Source: an uncultured delta proteobacterium
Lineage (GTDB): Bacteria > Desulfobacterota > Desulfomonilia > Desulfomonilales > Desulfomonilaceae
Reading direction: 5' to 3'
Length of the DNA: 64,000 nucleotides
NCBI GenBank assembly: GCA_963789265.1
Contig: CAWBKB010000001.1
Span: forward strand, 96,001 to 160,000
Shown: piece by piece, positions 55,042 to 64,000 of the stretch
Position numbering within the stretch: the stretch's first letter is position 1
Layout of the letters: each line of letters begins with the position of its first letter
The notes under the pieces: generated by a model
The model's database searches: none
Told to the model about the DNA's origin: nothing
The model's input: the letters and a program-made list of their open reading frames with translations, nothing else
Translations under genes and position numbers: made by a program

Positions 55042-56837
55042 CTATTTTGGGAACGATCTCAGCACCAAGCCCTTGGCACGCCAATCTCCTTTTGGTTTAC
55101 CCGAGGCCACGAGCTGCGACCAAAGCGTATCCAGGAATTGCTGCTGCTCGGATATGCCGGGATCTTGCATACTGCCGATGTCGTCTTTGTCCCAGAAATG
55201 GGTAAGTGCATCATACGGATGCGCCATCAGAAACGCAAAAATCATGTCCCGGCCAAATGGCTCCTGAACCGTAAAAGAATTGTCAGCTCCGATGACTATG
55301 GAGCGATTGGCTTCCAGCTTAAGCGGCCTTGATTGCGGCATTGGATAGAGAGGATGCAAGACGCCCACGGTGTCTACGCTGAAAATGTAGAGATAACCGG
55401 GGGTCTTTGTCTTGGCGTCCAGCAGGATCGTGTCCCCTTTCACCACTTCGCCTTGTGCTCTGGAAATGTTGCCTTTTATCTTGTAGTCAATATCGAAATC
55501 CGTCCTCGAAGCGGGATTTCGGAGTGCCGAAATACTCGCCTGAACGTACAGGGCTCTCAGATTTCCCACCAGGCCTCCCAGGGTCTCCTCAAGAGTCGAT
55601 CCTTGTTGGCTCTCCCAAACAGCTCCGGTGGAGTCGGAAATTTGCGCGAAGTACCGATGGTCTCGTTTCTCTATCACAACGAAAGCAGAGGCTTGTTCCC
55701 GCTTTTCCGTTAATTGGAGCCCCGGAATGTACCGATGAATCATGGAGCGAGTCTTCTCCATATCGGCCGGCGTGATCCCGCTTTCTGCTCTCAGCACATA
55801 GCCTATTCGTTGAGGCCTCTGGATCGACTCCTCGGCTTTAGCTACTCTGGTCTCCAAAGTCTCGTTCGCTATGTCTTTCGGCTGAAACTCGTATTGAGGG
55901 ACCTGGGGATAGCCGTCCCGTTTCACCGATTCCTGGAGGTACTTGGCCAAATTGGAGAAAGAGATCTTGCCGTCATGATTCAGATCAGCTTCTCCTTCCA
56001 GGCCGTGATAGAGGTACCACGTGAACACGCTATGCGGTCCCTTGGGATCTTTAGTAAAGGAAACGACTTGAGCAACTTGGGAATTCTCGCAAGCGGTGAA
56101 AGCAGCCAGTCGAATACCAAAAACCGTGAGATCCCCTCCAATGTAGGGCTTATTCGGTTCCAACGACTTGGGCTCGCTGAATCGCTTTTCCAGAATGCCC
56201 TTGAAGAAAGTAGGCTTCTGAAAGTTTTTGTTTTTCACGAGTCGGAAATTCAAGGCTTTGTACACGGACCCCGAATGGCACGAGTCACTTATGAAGATTA
56301 CCGACCTACCTTTAAGCTCACTGAGCAACTTATGAATTTCATCGCCAAGAAGAGCGTTGACTGTATCTTTTACATCGAATGCATGGCTGTTTCTGCCCTT
56401 AAAGGTTCTCTGAACCATGTCCTTGATGACGTTGCCATCATGAGGGATGAGGGCTTTTCCTTTTCCGTCCTGAATTTCGTGACCGTTCTCATCCCAGAAC
56501 CTGGATTCCGTGCCCGCTGAAATAGAACAAAGCGATATCTCCGGGGGCTGTCCCTTCGATAAGCCACTTATTGAAGCTTTTTACTATGTTCTCTTTGGTG
56601 GCCTCGGAATTGAGCAGGACCTTTACGTCCTTTTCTTGAAAGCCGCCCTTTGCGGTAAGGGCCTTCTTCAGGAGCCTTACATCATCCGAAACTCCTTCGA
56701 GATTCTGGTTCGGATCTCTGTATTGTTCCACCCCCACAAGAAGAGCCCTTTTTCGCGGCAAGGGCCGGGAGGGCGCAGGCGGCAAAAATCACCGCCAGGC
56801 CCATAAGAACAGCGATTGGATGGATGCTCGTTTTCAC
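55042..56837 (-). CDS. Signal-peptide caspase-family (C14) protease with C-terminal DUF4384; frameshifts near 56750 and 56495
   Basis: GTG 56837 then signal peptide; KRALLVGVEQY, ATKENI, FYFSGHG, ISDSCHSG, ADLNHDGKI; GYLYIF..GVLHPLYP..PFGRD. Confidence 0.82.
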
Positions 56838-56838
56838 G

Positions 56839-57822
56839 TTAACGACACCTTTCATCGCTACGATAGTCGGCCGGTCCAATGGTATCGCCGTTCAGGACTT
56901 CCACGCGACGGTTCAACAAACGTCCCAATCCCGTGGCATTGGAAGCAATCGGACGATTTTGGCCGAAACTTTCAGGTACCAGGCGACCGGGGCGCACATT
57001 CCATTTTTCGGCAAGATACTGAATCACACTCTTGGCACGCCGATAACCAAGGTGGCAATTCCTTTCCGAGGTGCCAATGCTGTCGGTGTGGCCGTCGACA
57101 TAAAACTTCTCCACATCAGCCAGTTGAGTGGAATTTAGCGCCATGCCAAGCTGGTCCAACTGGTCACGCGAACTCGGCGTAAGTTTGGCCGAACCGGTTT
57201 CAAAAAGTATGCTGTGAAAAACGACTCTGGACTCATTCTCTTCGTCACGATCGTATCTGCCGTGTCGCGAAGATTCACCGTGCTCATGACGCGGACGACG
57301 CCCAGCCCGGAGAGATTCGACAATGACATCTTTACTTATCAGATCCTTGCGCCCCTTTGACTCAGTAGAGGACGGAGTTTCCCTGACAAGATTTTGGTAC
57401 TCCTTCAGCGCCTTTTTGTCGTGGCAGAAGCTCAGTCCGGTCTCGTAATAAGCCCGCGCGAGGGCGGGTCGATTCCGCTTGGTCAGATCTCGCGCGGCCT
57501 TCAGAACCTTCGGGCAGGTTGATGCGGTACCAAACTCCACCGCTTTCTGATATTGAGCCAGGGCTTCGGAGAACTTTCGTTGAGAATACAACGCATCTGC
57601 CTTCTTAAGAGCGGATACCGGGTCCCCTTTTTCAGGACAGAGCCTGGAGGCCTTGTACAACAATTCCGCTTTGATTTCGGATGGCATTGCGTTAGAGCCG
57701 CGAACGTCTTTGCGTATGGACGCAGCTCTGTCGCAATCGGAAGCATAGGCTTCCACGCCTCCCGAGGCCGTCAGGACAACCATGACGACCAGAAATGCCG
57801 ATGCAAAGGCATGTAATCTCAT
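56839..57822 (-). CDS. Signal-peptide TPR + OmpA-like protein
   Basis: ILFETGSAKL, VDGHTDSIG, NCHLGYRRAKSV, FGQNRPIASN, NRRVE. Confidence 0.9.
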   Translation of the reverse strand: MRLHAFASAFLVVMVVLTASGGVEAYASDCDRAASIRKDVRGSNAMPSEIKAELLYKASRLCPEKGDPVSALKKADALYSQRKFSEALAQYQKAVEFGTASTCPKVLKAARDLTKRNRPALARAYYETGLSFCHDKKALKEYQNLVRETPSSTESKGRKDLISKDVIVESLRAGRRPRHEHGESSRHGRYDRDEENESRVVFHSILFETGSAKLTPSSRDQLDQLGMALNSTQLADVEKFYVDGHTDSIGTSERNCHLGYRRAKSVIQYLAEKWNVRPGRLVPESFGQNRPIASNATGLGRLLNRRVEVLNGDTIGPADYRSDERCR

Positions 57823-58907
57823 GGCACCACCTTAAAGGAGGTCTTTGCCCTCGTGTACACTTTCCGAGGAAGGTCGTTTAACTGGACATCAATATCTTTG
57901 TCTATCTTGTCGCCCTTTTCTTCCCACGGTTGATACACGTATTTGTCAAAGTCGTATGAGCCTCGATACAGTTGGAGCTTTTGTTTCGTGAAAACCGCCT
58001 TCACAACTTCCACCCCTTTGGGGCCCTTGACCCTGAAGCGAAACTCATCGTCTTTTACAGTAGGAATCGCGACGACTTCGCCGCCTTTGACAAAATTGTC
58101 GCGTTGGAACCGGTTCGGGAAAATGACCTGAACTTTGTCACTGGTACCATAGTCGATGAGATTCAGGTATCCATCTCGCTCGGCATAAAAGTATAGTGTT
58201 ACGGGTTCGCCGATCTGGAAAACCTTCCTTTCGGTCCACAGTTTCGCGATCGGTCTCTCCTTGTCCGATTCACGCGTTGATTCCTCTACGGCCTCTTCTG
58301 TGTCTTCTTCCGCTTCAGCCCGGCGTGATACGATGGTGAAGTGCGTCTCTGCCTCAGTCCAGCCCTTCTTGTCCTGCTTGGCCAGTTCCACGCCAATGTC
58401 CTTTATGGCCTTTTCCGGATTTTTCACTTCAAAGAAAGGTCCCTCAGATTCCAGGAGTGCTTCTTTCCGGAAGCATCTGTAAGGCTTCAGAGTAGCTATT
58501 GCCTTCACGTAATTGACTCCGGTCGGGCCCTTCACCCTGAACACGTAGTCCGAATCTTTCGCGGGGATGGTGTAAACGCGACCCTTCACCACTCTGTTGG
58601 ATTTGTGATGCTTGGTGGGAAAAATCACGTGAACCTTGCCGCTCGTACCGATATCCACTATGGTAACGTACGCGTCCCGATTGGAAGTGAACCGAAATGC
58701 AACTCGGTCCCCAATACCAAATTTCCCACTCTTCCTTGCCGGCTTGATTTTTACTTTGAAATCGGGGTTGTCGGAATGGATCTTGGAAGCCTCCTGGATC
58801 ACGATGTCCTTGGCTTCCTTTTCCGCCGCCAGTGCTGCGCCGCTCCAAAGCAGCAATGAAAACATGGCCATTGCGATAAACACTGTGGATTTAAAATTCC
58901 TGTTCAT
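57819..58907 (-). CDS. Secreted tandem DUF4384 protein
   Basis: Signal peptide; two internal repeats IGD/E..F..RDA/GY...D.GTS.KV.VIFP...FRVKGP.G...VKA. Confidence 0.8.
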   Translation of the reverse strand: MNRNFKSTVFIAMAMFSLLLWSGAALAAEKEAKDIVIQEASKIHSDNPDFKVKIKPARKSGKFGIGDRVAFRFTSNRDAYVTIVDIGTSGKVHVIFPTKHHKSNRVVKGRVYTIPAKDSDYVFRVKGPTGVNYVKAIATLKPYRCFRKEALLESEGPFFEVKNPEKAIKDIGVELAKQDKKGWTEAETHFTIVSRRAEAEEDTEEAVEESTRESDKERPIAKLWTERKVFQIGEPVTLYFYAERDGYLNLIDYGTSDKVQVIFPNRFQRDNFVKGGEVVAIPTVKDDEFRFRVKGPKGVEVVKAVFTKQKLQLYRGSYDFDKYVYQPWEEKGDKIDKDIDVQLNDLPRKVYTRAKTSFKVVP

Positions 58908-58925
58908 GGATGCCTCTCCTTTCGC

Positions 58926-60368
58926 TCAGAATTTGATATCACGGGCCAAGCCGTACTCGTCTGTGATTTGGGGTGTCTGATGCTCAACCAATGAAGAAGT
59001 CTCTTCCATCACGTTCTGGCGAGTCTTCTCAAAGGCGACCTGAAGATTCGGCGCACGATCTTTTATATTGGTTACAAGCCAGTAAGTGAACAATCCTGCG
59101 TGCTTAGCTTTATCCTCGTACGAGGATTCAGGTTTGGCGCACGCGGCCAGAAGCGACTCCTTCTCCGTCAATGTGTCGCCGTATGCAGCACGGGTTGTAC
59201 CACTGGCCACGAACTGGAGTTCCTTTTGTTTCTCACGATGAATCCTGTGGATTTCTGCCGGGCTGAGCAGCGGAAGATACTTTAAGACGAACCTTGAGGA
59301 AAGCTCTTTAGTAATGGAGCCGCTGTGGCAGGAATCTACGGAGATCAATTTTCGCCTTGCCGGGATCTTTTTCAATAAGTCGGCGAAATCGGTGCCGACA
59401 AAGAGTATGTTCTTCAGGTCAGGATCGCTCAGGCGAAGTCGCTTCTTACGGCTAAAGCAAACAAATGCCGCGGACAGACCATCAGGGTGCTTTACAGGCG
59501 GCACATCCGGAATCAGGGTCCCGTGTCCACTGAAATAGATGAGCACGAGATCTTCCGGTTGGGTCCTGGACGCAAGCCCCTTCAATGCCTCGACAAATCC
59601 TGCTCGCGTAGCCTGAGGGCCGATAAGGACTCGTGTGTTTCCCGCTGGAATGCTGAGCTTGTCGGCCATCAGCCGGGCAAATCCCTTGGCATCCTCGTCG
59701 CAGTAACGCAGCCCTAGAGTTGCGGCTCCCACGCTTACTAGGAACACATTCCGGCTGGTGATACTTCCGCCCTCAGGCACGTTCCCGATCACCAGTCTGG
59801 TTTCGGCTGTGCCCCATTTCACATTCTGTGAGAGGCCGTCCGTCCTACTTGCGGCTTCAACTACCAGATCCTTCAGATTCTTCTGATAAGACTTGAAGCC
59901 TCCACGGTACTCACCGAACTCGTCATCTCTCAAAATCGCGTTTTTCTTTGTGGTAGCGACGGCCACGATTCTCTCGATCCCCACCGGTCCGGAAACCCTG
60001 AACACAAATTTGTCTGAGGCGCCTGGGAAAGAGTGTCGCTTGTGCGCTTTGACAAAATTGTCGCTTCCCGAAAACTCATTTGGCCAAAGCCGCGTAATTT
60101 TCCCCGATGTCCCAACATCGATCAGGGTCAGGTAGCAATCCTTATCCGGTTCAAAGTGAACAGTAACCGTGTCGCCCGGTTTGATCTTCGTCTTATCGAC
60201 AGAGAGATTTACGTTAATTCTTGTCTTGCTTTTCCCGTTAGTCGGCACCACTTGTATGTCTTTGTTAAATGAAAACTCCTTGTCCTTGGCGCCGGCCTGT
60301 GCGAACGACATTAAAACGCACATCACCGCGGCCAAAACGGCCAAGAACATTTTGTCGATGCGAGCCAT
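58926..60368 (-). CDS. Secreted DUF4384 + caspase-family (C14) protease
   Basis: Signal peptide; DCYLTLIDVGTSGKITRLWPN...GPVGIERI; IYFSGHG, VDSCHSG, GLFTYWL, QTPQ. Confidence 0.87.
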   Translation of the reverse strand: MARIDKMFLAVLAAVMCVLMSFAQAGAKDKEFSFNKDIQVVPTNGKSKTRINVNLSVDKTKIKPGDTVTVHFEPDKDCYLTLIDVGTSGKITRLWPNEFSGSDNFVKAHKRHSFPGASDKFVFRVSGPVGIERIVAVATTKKNAILRDDEFGEYRGGFKSYQKNLKDLVVEAASRTDGLSQNVKWGTAETRLVIGNVPEGGSITSRNVFLVSVGAATLGLRYCDEDAKGFARLMADKLSIPAGNTRVLIGPQATRAGFVEALKGLASRTQPEDLVLIYFSGHGTLIPDVPPVKHPDGLSAAFVCFSRKKRLRLSDPDLKNILFVGTDFADLLKKIPARRKLISVDSCHSGSITKELSSRFVLKYLPLLSPAEIHRIHREKQKELQFVASGTTRAAYGDTLTEKESLLAACAKPESSYEDKAKHAGLFTYWLVTNIKDRAPNLQVAFEKTRQNVMEETSSLVEHQTPQITDEYGLARDIKF

Positions 60369-60759
60369 TCGCTGCCTCCCGGCCTATCGGCCTTTGTGCC
60401 AAAACCAATTTGACTCCGCTACTTCCAGTTGGGCTGGTTCAATAGCGTGACACAATTCCTCGGAAGACCTCGCCATTGCCGACAGTCTGCCGGAAATGGA
60501 GCTTGGTCTTGTTCTTCTTATTGCTGGTCTGTGAAACGCTCATCGGAATACTCACAACTCCCTTCGTTTTGCCTCTCATTTCCTCGTTATTGCCATGCTT
60601 ACCTCCTCGTCGAAAACATTAGTGGCAACTCGTTCTCTTTGGTGACAGCACACACCCAAAAACCTCACGAAATTTTGGGGGTCCTGCTATTGCGCCGGAT
60701 ACAGCCCGACCACACGGCGCACTAAATTCTTGGAAGTATTGGGGGCTCCTGAACTGCAA

Positions 60760-60929
60760 CTTAGTACACCTTTTCGCAAATACCGTGACGTTATGAACCC
60801 GGAACGGAAGAAGATTGCTTCGCTGCGCTCGCAATGACAGGTAGTGAGAATGTCATTGCGAGGAGTGAAACGACGAAGCAATCTCCACCGCTACAATACG
60901 TGACCGAACTTGTGGAACATGGTACTTAG
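60760..60929. repeat. MITE-like unit with imperfect terminal inverted repeats enclosing inverted GATTGCTTCG..CTCGCAATGAC hairpins
   Basis: cttagtacaccttttcgcaaat ... acttgtggaacatggtacttag; internal inverted pair at 60813-60884. Confidence 0.55.
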
Positions 60930-61192
60930 GAACGGCGATTCCCCGGTCCTCGTCAACTAATCACAACTCATGCTTTTATGTTTGTGTGTACTTCTTTCAC
61001 AAGCAGACAATCAATCGATGCTTGCGACTAACATGCCTGCCGGTCACACATGAAGGTGGCATTTTCCATTCTGTAAGATCTATCCCGTGGCGTGGCCAAG
61101 GGGTCAAGTGGGCACAAGCAACCTTTCGTCCTAATCCGGGTTGCAGGTTACTGAGGGTTCGGTTGTCTTCGGATAGTCCCATGTCAAAAGCA

Positions 61193-62909
61193 TCATCGTT
61201 TGGGTACTCGAATTATTGGATGAAGTTTGTCCAGATGGCCTTCAAGTATTCGGCCTTCCCATTCGACGTTGTTTACAGGGCCTTCTCTTCCTGAAGCAAT
61301 CTGATCGTTCCACGCTTCGAAGAACACCATTTCAATTCCCTTGGGTTTGAATTTCTGCTTTCTAATGGTGTAGCTCGTTTGAAATGGAGCGATAGCCCAC
61401 TGATAATAGTATACCTTTCCTGATCTTTCCTTTACCTGGAAAACGTCTACGGTCACAGCGGGCTTTCTGGCAAGTTCGAGCAAGTAAGCGCCGTGCGTCT
61501 TCCAGAATGCATCGTTAGTTGTGAGAGGCTGGGATTCACGAGCCAGCTTCGCCAGTCCTTCAAAGAGAGATCTCAAGTCTCTCACTTGTATTTGCTTCCC
61601 AAGTTTCTTCTGGGGCCTTACTAAGAACTCCGCGGCAGATTTCTGAAATGCGGCCGGACGATTTCGCCAGTGCGAGCAAATATTGCTCGGAACCAGGTTC
61701 CAGGTAAAGTTTCACCCCGTCCGGAATCTTCTTCTCCACAGGCACGCTTTTGCGCACAATCATCGAAACTTTGGCCATTAGGGCTGTTTGCTCGGCCAAT
61801 GAAGTGATAGACGCTGCAAAGAAATTCCGACGCATGAGATTCTTTTCCCAGCCTTTTCCTCCGAGCGATATCGCCCGGAGTACGGTTTGGTAGTAGTTGT
61901 CGCCCTTCGAAGAAACCCTTTCTCCTAAGCCCTTGACTTCCCGCCCGCCGGCTCGGGCTCCTTTCAACAGATTGTTGAACCGAAGCACCTCGGCTATTTT
62001 CTTCCTCGGCATGTCGTTGGAGATGAACTGGCGCTTCATCTCATCAATGACCGATTCGTGAAACGTTACACGTTCTCCAAAGGGTTGGATGCCCAGTCCT
62101 CTCTCGGGGTTGATTCGCGGCTGACCTTTTGCCTCGGCCCATTTCTGGACGATTTCTCTAGTTAGTTCCCCATTTTTTGCAATATCCGCTAGATCTGAAA
62201 ACGTGGGGACATCCGAAGGGCCGTTAATCTGAGAATAAAATGAGTGGACCAGCATCCATCCCTTGACTGAATCCTTGTTAGCGGGATCTGCAAAAATCTT
62301 CCGAACGGCAAGAGCGGTTTTAAAAGGGAAGAGCATGTACTTTGGAAATGGGAACGATTCCTTTTTGACCGCAACATTGACCGTTGTTTTGGCCAGATAC
62401 TGCATTGCGATAAAATATTTCTGTAAAGATTCGGTCTCCGTATAATGGCCCCTTGGTTTAAACATCGGATTGGATTTGACCTCCCCGGCCTGTTTAACTG
62501 CCTCCTGGGACAGCTCAAGCCCCGGATCTTTAGCCAGTATCACAAGAGGCACACTGAAAAGCCTTCGGGTGTTTTCGTCAGTGGCTGCGTTGGCCAGGCT
62601 CCGAAGTGCGTGCTCCAAAACGGGGATGAGCACAGCCTCTTCGAGGAGCTTCTGGTTCTCTTGAGCATGCCCCTTCATCACCTGAAATAGGTAGGAATTG
62701 CTCAAAACCACCGGGCGTCCGCGGATGAGTTCCTGTTTCACCCAGTCTTTTTCGGTTGGACTCACTTCGGAAACAAGTCTCGGATTTAATGGTTTCCCGG
62801 AATCTCGAGCGCCGGCCTTTGGAGCACGCCCCTCGACACCCGCAATCATTATCAACGATACCAGGAGGGCCGTAACACATCCAACAAAGTGTTTCATCCC
62901 AGCGCTCAT
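61193..62909 (-). CDS. Secreted DUF3160-like protein, frameshift near 61590
   Basis: Signal peptide; FKPRGHYTETESLQKYFIAMQYL, FGER, YLEP; C-terminal part in ORF 61193-61585. Confidence 0.65.
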
Positions 62910-63410
62910 TGTCGCCTCCCCAGGAAGTGAAAGTCTTTTCCGGCAATGTCCGGACGAATCTCATAAGAATGATTTGGCTTCAAATGATCTGATTCATCTG
63001 CACCGACGCGTCCCGTCAACCGGGACAACGGGAATGAGGAGAGAATTCCTAAAATCAATTTCTTAAGATACATCTGAATTTCAACTCCCCTGTGTCAGGT
63101 CAACCATCTTCGTCAAAGAACTTAGTAGGCAATTCGTCTTTCCGGTGACAAAGTCGCTCCATTTTTCGTACCACGGAGGAGACCCGCCCCCTTGTCCCCC
63201 CATTTTCATCCTTTGAAACGAAATTACGCAATCAGGTCATTGAGGTCAATGAATTTAAGCTGATGGTCTCGAAACCGAAGACAATTTACGCTGAAAAAGA
63301 ATAGGGCCTCACTCTGTCATTTTTTACCACGACCGGCGACATTATAACTTGAAAATGTTTCCCAACAAATCCAAAATTGGATCAGGAGCCAATTGCGAGG
63401 GAGCGTTTCC

Positions 63411-63995
63411 ATGCATAAGCGTTATTTGCACCGCGGTGGTTTTGTAAGATTTTTCCAAAGCTTGAGCCTCATTTTCATCCTGGTTGCGGGCCTCGGCGCG
63501 CTTCATGCGGAGGACAAGAACTCAGCCTTAATAGAGGCCGCGTCGGATGGTCAAACCGAGAAAATCCAAGCTCTTTTGACCCAAGGAACGGATACCAACG
63601 CGCGGGATCAGTATGGTAACACCGCGCTGATGCAAGCTTGCTGGTACGGTCGAGTCGAAGCGGTGAGACTTCTCCTTGGAAAAAAGGTCGATGTCAACGC
63701 CACGAACGCCAGGGGCAGGACCGCCCTGATGTGGGCTTCCCGTAACGGCCCAAGTGAATCGGTTCGACTGCTGCTGGATCACGGAGCAGATGTTAACGCC
63801 AAGGACGCGGACGGCTCCACTGCCTTGATCTGGGCTGCCGGTGAATGGAATGCGGAGATCGTCAAATTGCTCCTTGCTAAAGGCGCGGATGTCAATGTCA
63901 AAGACAAGCAAGGGAGGACAGCCATACAGCTTGCAGCAGCAGCGGGCCACACTAAGACTGTCGAGCTGCTCAAAGCACGCGGTGCGAAGGAGTAG
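63411..63995 (+). CDS. Secreted ankyrin-repeat protein
   Basis: Signal peptide; GNTALMQA, GRTALMWA, GSTALIWA. Confidence 0.9.
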   Translation: MHKRYLHRGGFVRFFQSLSLIFILVAGLGALHAEDKNSALIEAASDGQTEKIQALLTQGTDTNARDQYGNTALMQACWYGRVEAVRLLLGKKVDVNATNARGRTALMWASRNGPSESVRLLLDHGADVNAKDADGSTALIWAAGEWNAEIVKLLLAKGADVNVKDKQGRTAIQLAAAAGHTKTVELLKARGAKE

Positions 63996-64000
63996 ATAAA

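Noticed and set aside
54027..57822. Type VI secretion or flagellar MotB assignment for the OmpA-like proteins
   Set aside because: No T6SS core or flagellar genes were recognised in the window, and the architecture is signal peptide-TPR-OmpA

Overview
Bacterial window, probably from an anaerobic deltaproteobacterium of the Desulfomonile type (inferred from gene content, not verified). About 14 genes carry 1-bp frameshifts that look like long-read assembly errors. Left to right: (1) 0.2-10.1 kb, a 4-hydroxybenzoyl-CoA-reductase-like Mo enzyme, a PaaK-family CoA ligase and a LIV-type ABC transporter. (2) 11.7-44 kb, an accessory mosaic. It has two tRNA-Asp 3'-half att-like direct repeats 21 kb apart and six co-oriented, independently diverged 3' tails of one tyrosine-integrase family. 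The tails alternate with toxin-antitoxin, HEPN, DUF89 and Fur/katG cargo. Between the two att repeats lies a B12 acyl-CoA mutase/epimerase/carboxyltransferase cluster whose mutase has an unusual active site. (3) 44.4-64 kb, about 12 signal-peptide-bearing genes: two caspase-family (C14) proteases fused to DUF4384, a TPR-CHAT protease, a tandem-DUF4384 protein, two TPR-OmpA proteins, a BNR beta-propeller-DUF4384 protein, a DUF3160 protein and four ankyrin proteins. Four of these proteins share a K-D-[ILV]-x-[VI] motif. The best candidates for undescribed systems are this extracytoplasmic caspase/CHAT/DUF4384/OmpA cluster and the integrase-tail cassette array. No intact tRNA, rRNA, CRISPR array or full-length integrase was seen. 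Domain calls come from motif recognition by eye, not database searches.
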